A DNA stretch of 64,000 nt from an uncultured delta proteobacterium (GTDB lineage Bacteria; Desulfobacterota; Binatia; UBA9968), in the NCBI GenBank assembly GCA_963745035.1, contig CAVUVW010000013.1, forward strand, positions 768,001 to 832,000, in the 5' to 3' direction. Numbering within the stretch: the stretch's first letter is position 1; each line of letters starts with the position of its first letter. The position numbers and the translations under genes are program-made. Below the pieces are notes generated by a model, which had not been told where the DNA came from, ran no database searches, and saw nothing but the letters and a program-made list of their open reading frames with translations. This document shows, one piece after another, positions 19,254 through 27,702 of this stretch.

Positions 19254-21321
19254 CGCTCAACTCCACGATAACGTTCAAAGCATTATCCACCCGCGCATGC
19301 CCGCGCCCGCCGATGATCAACGTCGATTCGCGCTCTTCGACAATCGCCGGACCGGCGAACTCCATGCCCGGCTTGAGCGCATAGCGATCGTAGATCATAG
19401 TCTCGACGAAACCTTCACGCTCGGGAAAGTAGGCGAACCGCGAGCCCTTGCGCGCGTCGCTTCGCTCGACGTCGTCGCGCGAGAGATTCAGCTTCCATTC
19501 CGGCCGCGGGCCACTCGCCACCACCCGCCAGTTGATCACTTCCAACGGCACATCCGGTCCTTTGCGCCCATACAACGCGCGATAGGTCTCCTCGAAGGCT
19601 TCTTCGATGCGCGGCAAATGCTGCGCGCTCAATTCGCCATCAGGCAGCGCGACAGAAACTTCATGACCCTGGCCGACGTAGCGCATGTCCGCAGTGCGCC
19701 GATAGACGATCTCGCGCGCCGAGAGTCCCGAGCTTTCCAGGACCTTCCGCCCCTCTTCCGCCATCTCGCTCAAAAGGCCGTTGGCGAACCGCCAATCCAA
19801 CTCATCCAACCTGCTATAGGCGCTGCGCACGAAGTCAAAAGCCAGCGGCGCCGAAAGCAGACCGAACGTCGAGCCAACCCCGGCACCGAATGGCGAAATG
19901 AGCGACGGAAGTCGAAGGATTTCGGCGACCCGATGACCATGCACGGGTCCCGCGCCGCCGAAGGCATACATCGGTAGCCGGCGCGGATCTTTGCCGCGTT
20001 CGCCGAGATGAGCCCGCGCTGCGTTGGCCATGTTCTCGTTGACGATCTGATGAATGCCCCAGGCGACCTGCTCGGCGTTCATCCGCAGCTTTTCACCCAA
20101 ACGACCCAGAGCCTCGCGCGCGCCGTCGACATCGAGCTGCATCTTGCCGCCGAGAAAATAATCCGGATCGAGGTAGCCAAGCACGAGATCCGCGTCGGTG
20201 ACCGTTGGTTCCGTGCCGCCTTGCCGATAGCACACGGGACCAGGAACAGCGCCCGAACTTTCCGGCCCGACTTTCAAAAGCCCGAGAGAATCAACCCGCG
20301 CGATGCTGCCGCCGCCCGCGCCGATCTCGATCATGTCGATGACGGGAATGCGCACCGGCAAGCCGCTGCCCTTGCGGAAGCGATAGACGCGATCGACTTC
20401 GAATTCATGAGTCTTGAGCGGCTGGCCGTCCTCGATCACGCACAGCTTGGCCGTCGTGCCGCCCATGTCGAAAGAAAGCAAGTCACGATGGCCCGAGAGC
20501 ATGCCCGCTTGCGCCGCCGCGAGAGCGCCCGCGGCCGGACCGGATTCGAGTAGACGCACGGGAAACCGTGAAGCCGTGTCGCGCGTCGCGATGCCGCCGC
20601 TGGAAAGCATGACGAAGAAGCTGCCGGCAAATCCGATCTTGTCCAGGCGCGATTGAAGCTGGCCCAAGTAATCGGCGACCCGCTCTTGCACGTAGACATT
20701 CGCCAACGTCGTGCTAGTGCGTTGGAACTCGCGGATTTCGGCGACCACCTCGGAGCTGAGCGAAACGCGAATTTCCGGAGCGACTTCCCCGATGATCTCG
20801 GCGGTGCGTTTTTCATGCGCGGGATTACGAAAGCTGTTGAGATAACAGACGCCGATCGCCTTGATGCCCTTGTCGCGCAACTCGGCGACCAGGCGCCGGA
20901 CGAAGACCTCATCCAACTTTTCGAGCACCGCGCCGTCGGCGGCGACCCGCTCGGGAACGTCGAAGCGCAGATGGCGCGGCACCAGAGGTTTAGGCAAATC
21001 GAGGTTCAGATCGTAAAGCTCGTAACGATGCTCGCGGCCGATTTCCACGGCATCGCGGAAACCCGCCGTCGTGAGCAGCGCCGTCAGCGCGCCTTTGCGC
21101 TCGATCAGCGCATTGGTCACCAGCGTCGTGCCATGAATCAGCGTACCGCGCTCGCCGGATTTCACCGCCCCGTTTTTCAACGCCGGACGCATCGCCTCTT
21201 CCACCGCCAGACTCGGATCGCCGGGGGTGGTAAGCGTTTTGCCGATCATCGCGTTGCCGTCGTCGCCGACCAAAAGCATGTCGGTAAACGTGCCGCCGAT
21301 ATCGATGCCGACGCGATACAT
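19243..21321 (-). CDS. Hydantoinase A / oxoprolinase subunit
   Basis: GIDIGGTFTD, HGTT, ESGPAAG, DMGGTT, GAGGGS, PTVTDA, FGGAGP motifs. Confidence 0.95.
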   Translation of the reverse strand: MYRVGIDIGGTFTDMLLVGDDGNAMIGKTLTTPGDPSLAVEEAMRPALKNGAVKSGERGTLIHGTTLVTNALIERKGALTALLTTAGFRDAVEIGREHRYELYDLNLDLPKPLVPRHLRFDVPERVAADGAVLEKLDEVFVRRLVAELRDKGIKAIGVCYLNSFRNPAHEKRTAEIIGEVAPEIRVSLSSEVVAEIREFQRTSTTLANVYVQERVADYLGQLQSRLDKIGFAGSFFVMLSSGGIATRDTASRFPVRLLESGPAAGALAAAQAGMLSGHRDLLSFDMGGTTAKLCVIEDGQPLKTHEFEVDRVYRFRKGSGLPVRIPVIDMIEIGAGGGSIARVDSLGLLKVGPESSGAVPGPVCYRQGGTEPTVTDADLVLGYLDPDYFLGGKMQLDVDGAREALGRLGEKLRMNAEQVAWGIHQIVNENMANAARAHLGERGKDPRRLPMYAFGGAGPVHGHRVAEILRLPSLISPFGAGVGSTFGLLSAPLAFDFVRSAYSRLDELDWRFANGLLSEMAEEGRKVLESSGLSAREIVYRRTADMRYVGQGHEVSVALPDGELSAQHLPRIEEAFEETYRALYGRKGPDVPLEVINWRVVASGPRPEWKLNLSRDDVERSDARKGSRFAYFPEREGFVETMIYDRYALKPGMEFAGPAIVEERESTLIIGGRGHARVDNALNVIVELSDGK

Positions 21322-21333
21322 GTTACTTAGTAA

Positions 21334-21403
21334 ATCGAGGATGGAGGATTGAAGATCGAGGATGGAGTGTCTTCGCGATCATTGATCCTCCATCCTCAAT
21401 TCT
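21334..21403. repeat. 7-nt periodic palindromic repeat
   Basis: ATCGAGG ATGGAGG ATTGAAG ATCGAGG ATGG followed by the inverted ATCCTCCATCCTCAAT. Confidence 0.7.
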
Positions 21404-22431
21404 CAAAGCCTCATTGCGCGAATAAGTCCAGCAAGCCTTTGCGTCTGGTGCGCCGCTGCCGGCCGGAGCAGGGGAATTTTGACGCCGGCATCGCGATATT
21501 GCTGCACGCGCTTCTTCACTTCGTCCGGCGTGCCGCTCGCGGTCATGCCTTCGACGTAGGAGTCGGGAATCGCCTTGATCAAGGCTTCCATGCCGCCTTG
21601 CGCATGGGCTTTCTCGAAAAGAGGGATATCTTCCTTGCGGATATACGGCTCGCCGACGCGCATTTTCGGAGCGGCGATGAAGGATATCTGCACCGGATCG
21701 AGCTTGGTCGCGACTTCCCAGCGCACGGCGTCGAGCGCCTTCTTGTGATCGTCTTCGATCGAGCAGTTGATGATCTGCGCCACTTCGAAATTCGAGAAAT
21801 CCCGCCCGGCTTGCTGCGCCGATTCCTTGATGATCTTCAGCGCATTGACCGTATACTCGGGTGAACAGACCGCATTCAGCACCACGCCGTCGCCCACCGC
21901 TCCCGCCAATTTCAAACCGACAGTCGCAGTCGCCGGAACATAGAAAGGAATATTCTTGCGAATCGGCTTCCAGCCCAGCCCGACGTTTTCCAAGTTGATA
22001 AATTTGCCATGATAGGAAATTTTGTCGCCGGTAAAGAGCAGGCGCATCGACTCGATATACTCGCGCAGCACTTCGGTCGGCGTCGCGCCCACGTCCTGCG
22101 GCAAAGCATGCACACGCGCGTGGCTCTTGGTGCAAGCGCCGGGAGCCACCGTCATGCGGCCGCCGGTCAATTCATCAAGAGTCGCCGCGGACTGAGCCAT
22201 CACCACCGGCCCACGCAAACGCACGATCTGGGTTGTGCCCAAAACCATCTGCTTGGTCGCCATTCCGATGGCCGCCAAAGAACTCACCGAGTCTCGCATC
22301 AACTCGACGGTCTCGGAAAAGAAGGCCATCTCGAAGCCGCGCTCCTCCGCTTGCTTCATCACGTCCGCCATCTCCCGGACGTTGGTGAACTTACCGTAGC
22401 CTAACGCATAACCGACCCTCTGCTTTGCCAT
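21403..22431 (-). CDS. Luciferase-like (LLM class) flavin-dependent oxidoreductase
   Basis: AEERGF, ATLDELTGGR, LAGAVGDGV, GTPDEV motifs; the last few codons may be frameshifted (RLLDLFAQ* in the alternative frame). Confidence 0.9.
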   Translation of the reverse strand: MAKQRVGYALGYGKFTNVREMADVMKQAEERGFEMAFFSETVELMRDSVSSLAAIGMATKQMVLGTTQIVRLRGPVVMAQSAATLDELTGGRMTVAPGACTKSHARVHALPQDVGATPTEVLREYIESMRLLFTGDKISYHGKFINLENVGLGWKPIRKNIPFYVPATATVGLKLAGAVGDGVVLNAVCSPEYTVNALKIIKESAQQAGRDFSNFEVAQIINCSIEDDHKKALDAVRWEVATKLDPVQISFIAAPKMRVGEPYIRKEDIPLFEKAHAQGGMEALIKAIPDSYVEGMTASGTPDEVKKRVQQYRDAGVKIPLLRPAAAHQTQRLAGLIRAMRL

Positions 22432-22550
22432 CCAGTTACTCCTCCCGGCCGATAATAAAGATTCGGCGCTACGCCGAAATAGAAGGTGAGATCATAGTCT
22501 GATTCTTACGTGAAGGCGACCGAAGGGTCAACGCGGGGGAATTGGGAAGC

Positions 22551-22631
22551 GGAGTACTGGAGTGGTGGAGTGATGGAGTACTGGGATCGGATTAACCCAT
22601 CACTCCAAGACTCCAGTACTCCATCACTCCA
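22551..22631. repeat. 8-nt periodic palindrome (GGAGTNNT)4...(ANNACTCC)4
   Basis: Imperfect ~80-nt hairpin; same family as 14851-14884 and 24174-24208. Confidence 0.8.
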
Positions 22632-22636
22632 TTCTT

Positions 22637-24160
22637 CTATCGCACTTTCATGTTCCAGCCGTAGATGCGCTCGCTCGGCAGCGGACGGTAATCGACGTTC
22701 TTGGCCAAGCCAAAGAGCAGTTGATGGCGCCACATGAATTGCGCCGGCGCTTCTTCGGTGATGAGGCTCATCGCTTGCGCGAGCAGCTTCTTGCGCTTCG
22801 CCGGATCGAATGCCTGCCGCTCCGCCGATAACAATTCGTCGAGCTTCGGGTTGGAGTAGCCGATGCGCGGCGAAGCGCCGGTTTCGAAATACTGCGCCAG
22901 CGCCGCGCTCGGATCGACCACGCCGCCGCGCCCCATGTAGTAAAAAGGAACTTTGCCCACTTGCACGTTGGCCCAAAGCGTCGCCCACTCCGGGGTGAGC
23001 AGCTTGGTTCGGATGCCGACAGCCGTGAGCATCGGCACCATGGCTTCGGTAATCTGCTTGTCCAAGGTGTAGCGACCAACCGGAGTCTGCAGCTCGACAT
23101 CGACGCCGTTCGGATACCCGGCCTGCTTGAGCAACTCTCGGGCTTTCTCGGGATTGTACGTGTATCTCGGCTGCAGTTTCGGATCGTAAGCGTATTGGCC
23201 CTCGCCGATGGGACCGTCGAGCCGCGACGCTTCCCCTCTGAGCAGAGTCTTGATGATCGTGTCGCGATCGATGGCGTAGCCCACGGCCTGGCGCACGAGC
23301 TTGTTGTCCCAGGGCTTCACCTTCGGCATCATCGCGAGAAACATGATCTCCGCGGTGTGAAACTTGACGATCTTGTGATTGGCGCTTCGTTCAACCCGCT
23401 CGCGCAGATGCGGCGGCACGAATTGCGCGATCTGAATTTCATTGTTCAATAGCGCGGTCACCCGCTGTTCGGGTTCCCGCATGAGCCGGAATACGATTTC
23501 ATCGGGCGCCTGCGGATACTGCTTCCACATCGGATGGCTCTTGTCTTTGCCGATGACGAGCCGCTGCCCGGGAATGAGTTCTCTGAACCTGAACGGGCCG
23601 GCGCCGATGGGATGCTTATCCGCCACCTCCGGGCCGTATTTGTCGTAAACCGCTTTGCTGGTGACGATGACACGATCGAAAAGGTAATCGAGCAAAGGCG
23701 CGGTCGGCTCTTTGGTGGTGATTCGCACGGTGTACTTGTCGACCACGGCCTCACCGGCCACCGCCGAAACGTTCTGGAACTGTTTTGTGTAAGGATCGCT
23801 GCGCGTGCGTTTGAGCGAATGAACCACATCTTCGGCGGTCACCGGCGAGCCGTCGTGAAAGCGATTGTTCTTGCGCAAGTGAAACAGCCAGGTCTTCGGA
23901 TCCTTCACCTCCCACTTTTCCACCAGCAGCCCGACGTGCTGGCTTTTGTCGAAATCGTAGGTGCCGAGACAGCCGAGCACCTGACACCAGATGCTGTACA
24001 TGAGCGAGACGCTGTCGCCGTAGGGATTGAACGTCTCCATCGTTTCGGTGACGCCGATGGAGATGCGGGTCTCGGCGCCATAGGCTCGATGGTCACCCGC
24101 GCTAAGCACAAGCAGAATGAGAACGACGACCCAAGCCACGTTCTTAGTTCTTCGCTTCAT
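22637..24160 (-). CDS. ABC substrate-binding protein, family 5 (peptide/nickel type)
   Basis: Signal peptide from ATG 24160 (GGAG RBS); FHDGSPVTAEDV, PIGAGPF, VRQAVGYAIDR motifs. Confidence 0.92.
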   Translation of the reverse strand: MKRRTKNVAWVVVLILLVLSAGDHRAYGAETRISIGVTETMETFNPYGDSVSLMYSIWCQVLGCLGTYDFDKSQHVGLLVEKWEVKDPKTWLFHLRKNNRFHDGSPVTAEDVVHSLKRTRSDPYTKQFQNVSAVAGEAVVDKYTVRITTKEPTAPLLDYLFDRVIVTSKAVYDKYGPEVADKHPIGAGPFRFRELIPGQRLVIGKDKSHPMWKQYPQAPDEIVFRLMREPEQRVTALLNNEIQIAQFVPPHLRERVERSANHKIVKFHTAEIMFLAMMPKVKPWDNKLVRQAVGYAIDRDTIIKTLLRGEASRLDGPIGEGQYAYDPKLQPRYTYNPEKARELLKQAGYPNGVDVELQTPVGRYTLDKQITEAMVPMLTAVGIRTKLLTPEWATLWANVQVGKVPFYYMGRGGVVDPSAALAQYFETGASPRIGYSNPKLDELLSAERQAFDPAKRKKLLAQAMSLITEEAPAQFMWRHQLLFGLAKNVDYRPLPSERIYGWNMKVR

Positions 24161-24173
24161 TCTTAACTCCTTT

Positions 24174-24208
24174 CCATTACTCCAGTACTCCATCACTCCA
24201 ATACTCCA
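24174..24208. repeat. 8-nt periodic repeat
   Basis: CCATTACTCCAGTACTCCATCACTCCAATACTCCA. Confidence 0.75.
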
Positions 24209-24230
24209 ACTACCGTGCTGTATCGAGCGA

Positions 24231-25217
24231 TCACTTCCACAATTGTTTGTAGAATCCCTGGCTATCCAGTTCCTTGACGAAGCGATCGTCATAGAAAGCT
24301 TCGGGCTTCGCGTCCTTGGCTTTCGGATTTCTTGCCGCCGCTTGGTTCAGGACCTCCTGGATACCCTCGCGCGTGTTGTAGGGAATCTTGTCCACGTAAT
24401 CCACCGCGTACTGGTAAACCGTATCGAGAGTTTTCGCATCCGTGGCCCGGGTGTATCTCGCAATCGCGCGCCGGCTAAGCTCCTTGTCTGTAAACAGCCG
24501 ATGCACCGCCTCCGAGTAGGCCTTCAGAAACCGCCGCACCAGATCAGTATTGGCGCTGATAAAAGATCGGCGCGCCATAAAGGCATCGTGGGGAAAGTAA
24601 ACACCGGCCTTGCCCATATTCATCAATACTCGCGCGCCCGCCTCTTCGGCCCGAAGATTGGTTGGGCTGGAGAACGGAGCAGAGACGATGGTGCGGCTAC
24701 GCAACATTGCCGCAGCGGCGAAGAGATCTCCTGTTTGGATGAGGGTCACGTCCTTTCCAGGTTCGAGCCCATGCTTGCGCAAAACATATCTCATGGTGAA
24801 ATCGGTCGAGGAACCGAAGCGGGTTACCCCAACCGTCTTTCCGCGCAAGTCCTCGATCGTTTTGATCTCCGGTAAAGCCATGATGTAAAAGGCCGGAACT
24901 TTAACCATCGACCCGAACATAACGATGTCCGCCCCGCCCAAGCTGGCATCGACAGCAGCGCTCCCCGCCGCACCGGCGATAGGCAACTCACCCCCCAACA
25001 TCGCTTGCACCATCAGCGATCCCGAAGCGATCAATACGAGACGGGAATCGATGTCGTATTTTTCGAAAATCTTTCCCTCTTCCGCGACCCAGAGACCGGC
25101 GAAAACTCCGCTCGCGCTGGAATAGCCGTGCGCCAACCGATCCCGCGCCAGCGTCGAACCAGGCGACGTCGCGACGAGAAGCAACCCAATCACGGCCGTT
25201 TGAATTCGTTTGTTCAC
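24231..25217 (-). CDS. ABC substrate-binding protein, NMT1/SsuA/TauA-like
   Basis: GTG 25217 with AGGAGG RBS; signal peptide; DLRGKTVGVTRFGSSTD and RRFLKA motifs. Confidence 0.88.
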   Translation of the reverse strand: MNKRIQTAVIGLLLVATSPGSTLARDRLAHGYSSASGVFAGLWVAEEGKIFEKYDIDSRLVLIASGSLMVQAMLGGELPIAGAAGSAAVDASLGGADIVMFGSMVKVPAFYIMALPEIKTIEDLRGKTVGVTRFGSSTDFTMRYVLRKHGLEPGKDVTLIQTGDLFAAAAMLRSRTIVSAPFSSPTNLRAEEAGARVLMNMGKAGVYFPHDAFMARRSFISANTDLVRRFLKAYSEAVHRLFTDKELSRRAIARYTRATDAKTLDTVYQYAVDYVDKIPYNTREGIQEVLNQAAARNPKAKDAKPEAFYDDRFVKELDSQGFYKQLWK

Positions 25218-25394
25218 CTTGATCCTCCTATTTCCAGTCGTCGTAACCCAGCCGCAAGTAGCTAGCCGCAAATCGGAGTTTGTGTCAACTTACTTTTTGC
25301 CGAACCGCCGGGTGTGATTGAATCATCGCCGGCGCGCGCAACTATGTTGACAGATCGCAGAAGTGTCCCTCCAAGCGGCGGAAGAAATGTTATT

Positions 25395-25649
25395 TTATAA
25401 TGCTGGCGCCGAGGGTGTGAGGCTGGTTGATTCGCTTACGCTTTTTTGCTCGTCAATCCACTGCTTACATAGTTTGAGCGCGTGTTCTTCCGCTTTTTTC
25501 TTCGTCGAAAAAGTCAATTCCGGGCGCTCCAATCTTTTGATTTCTGTCACTTGATCTTCGGCGTCAAATATCAAGCCCCGGCCATACCATTTGTTCTCCG
25601 GGCCGCTCATTCCGATTCCGTAAATAAGATGATTATTGTACCGGTGCAT
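25395..25649 (-). CDS. Small hypothetical protein (84 aa)
   Basis: Protein-like composition (TFSTKKKAEEHALKLCKQWID), purine-rich RBS. Confidence 0.6.
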   Translation of the reverse strand: MHRYNNHLIYGIGMSGPENKWYGRGLIFDAEDQVTEIKRLERPELTFSTKKKAEEHALKLCKQWIDEQKSVSESTSLTPSAPAL

Positions 25650-25842
25650 GCATCCGCCTTTCGATAACTGTCTGATCGTGTACCATGGCTCACTCTAAGC
25701 AGCGGCCATGCTGAATCCGTGGCGCTTACTATACGCCCCGATAGAGCAGAATGCCCTGACGCGGCATCGTTATTAGACTGCTCCCTGCCGACAACCACAA
25801 CCTAGCGAAGTTTCTGCCGTTACGGCAACGAGGAACAACTTT

Positions 25843-25932
25843 TTACTTCCGTCTGTAGGCGCTCCACTTTGCTAGCTTGAAAACAATAATCAGGATCACA
25901 ATCATTACAAAAACGGGCACAATGGCCGCCAT
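25843..25932 (-). CDS. 29-aa single-TM peptide MAAIVPVFVMIVILIIVFKLAKWSAYRRK
   Basis: AGGAGG RBS 6 nt before ATG; TATAAT at 25976-25981 on the minus strand; below the ORF-track length cutoff. Confidence 0.65.
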   Translation of the reverse strand: MAAIVPVFVMIVILIIVFKLAKWSAYRRK

Positions 25933-26300
25933 ATCAGACCTCCTGTTGAGCCCTACCGTTTTGAGACTATGGGAAATTATAGGGGCGAAACGTGGGGACT
26001 GTCTGTCTAATATTGGACGATCTCAGAATACTCGTCGGAGGTACTTGAGACGTGGGCTTGGGGACCCAGCTAGCTCACCTCGTCGTTGGGCTGACGCGAC
26101 CGCCGGCTTCAAGCCGACTGCGCTACCCGCACCTCGACTCAAATACCCGCATACGATCGATATTTTTTAAAGCCGCTCTTTCCGACCAAACCAAACGGCA
26201 AGTACCTCTGGGACAACTGCGCGGCTCTATAATTTCGAATGAAAGGAATTCTTCTAAGTTAAGACATGTTCGGTGGAAGAATTGATTTCTAGAAAAACGA

Positions 26301-26606
26301 TCAGCTCTTACCGGCATACTGAATGACTTCATGCATTTCGAAAACATTGGGGCCGGAAAATATCTCGGAGGGCGGCCGGTTTCGGTGCGCTTCCTTGAAT
26401 TCAGCGCTGTTGGTCCAAGCCTGGAAAGAAGCTTCGTCCTGCCAATGGGTCAAGACAATGTAGTAGTCGCCCTTAAGCGGTCGTAGGATTTCAAGTCGGA
26501 CGAAGCCTGGCATATTTTCCACGAGCCGCGCTCGTCCCTCGAAGCGCTTCTCGAACTCTTCCTCATGTCCTTTAGCCACTTGAAGTCGATTCGAAACAAC
26601 AATCAT
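26301..26606 (-). CDS. Antibiotic biosynthesis monooxygenase (IsdG-like ABM domain)
   Basis: VSNR...FEKRF...MPGF...W.DEASFQAWTNSAEFKEAH. Confidence 0.88.
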   Translation of the reverse strand: MIVVSNRLQVAKGHEEEFEKRFEGRARLVENMPGFVRLEILRPLKGDYYIVLTHWQDEASFQAWTNSAEFKEAHRNRPPSEIFSGPNVFEMHEVIQYAGKS

Positions 26607-27154
26607 GTGAGCGCTCCTTTACCGTTAAGACTGGGGCAAATTTCGCTTTCCGCAAGGACCGGGGCGTGTTCTGATGGCCTTCCTTGGCGCGCATGTCCCG
26701 AACTATCGTACAACTCTTGCAAGCCTTTGCTAGTTCTGCAACTCCGGAGCGTGCAGGGAGCAAGAAACGCTAATGGTTGAAATGTGGGCAATGCAAGACC
26801 TGACCGATTCCCTCCGTTGCGAGAGCTTGGTGTCGGGTTGGCTTATAACCACACGGTCCGAATGGCCGCTGTCCCGTCCCTTTACATATCGACAACTCGG
26901 CGGTGCAATGAAAATTGCCGGGGGCGGGAGATCGCTGCCCGTACAGGACAGCTCCCAAAGCCTTGAACCTGATGGGTGACTGGTGCGGACCTACGGGATC
27001 CGACACCAACGGATTGAAAACAGGGGCGCGTCAATCAGGGATCACACATCCGCGAGGATTGAAAAAGAGAATAAGAAAAATTCTCACAGGAACGTCTGTG
27101 CCTCTTGACCTGCCTGCTAATGGGCAACCCGGCAACATCTCGTTGATTGGGCAC

Positions 27155-27700
27155 TTATCCGGTCTTAAGAATTTGCTCGGCAGCATCCCACACGCAATCT
27201 GTTTGTTCATTGATGAATTCCACGAGATGTTCCGGCACTCGCTCCTGGTCAAATGCTGCCTGTAGTTGATAGGCCATCTGTTCCAAAGGGCTTTGTTGGT
27301 AGCCACACTGAAAAAGACCTATGGCATACGCTAGAAGAAAATTGTCGACACCGAGACGATCCCACTGAGCAACGTGAACGAGTTCGTGAAAATACAGGCT
27401 CTCGCTTTGCTGTCCGGTAGACACAAAGAACGTATCTTTATAGGTCACTCCGGCCAATGGCATCGTTTCCATCCCGCCGAGTTCCGGTATCCCGAGTTGC
27501 GAGAGCGGAGGAAACGGTACTTGGGGCACGACTACCACCCGAGCCCGGACCAGCAATGCCTCGGGATAGTGATCTCGGAGCCGCGTGTAGGCGGAATTCG
27601 AGACCGAGATTGTCGCATTCCTGTGGATCTCCAACGTGCGCTCGATCCAAGTTTTTACCCCAGGCAGCACTCCTTGAAGCTTCGTCACAACGGGATTCAT
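27155..27700 (-). CDS. HExxH zincin-like protein (DUF4157-like)
   Basis: AGVTY...FHELVHVAQW...GY..SPLEQMAY; starts 2 nt after the hsdR stop. Confidence 0.7.
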   Translation of the reverse strand: MNPVVTKLQGVLPGVKTWIERTLEIHRNATISVSNSAYTRLRDHYPEALLVRARVVVVPQVPFPPLSQLGIPELGGMETMPLAGVTYKDTFFVSTGQQSESLYFHELVHVAQWDRLGVDNFLLAYAIGLFQCGYQQSPLEQMAYQLQAAFDQERVPEHLVEFINEQTDCVWDAAEQILKTG

Positions 27701-27702
27701 AA

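Noticed and set aside
22551-22631. CRISPR array
   Set aside because: Period is only 8 nt, with no unique spacers and no cas genes; the same applies to the other periodic repeats.
25804-25819. sigma54 promoter for the 84-aa gene (CGGCAGAAACTTCGCT, minus strand)
   Set aside because: GG-N10-GC spacing is right but the match is too degenerate to call.
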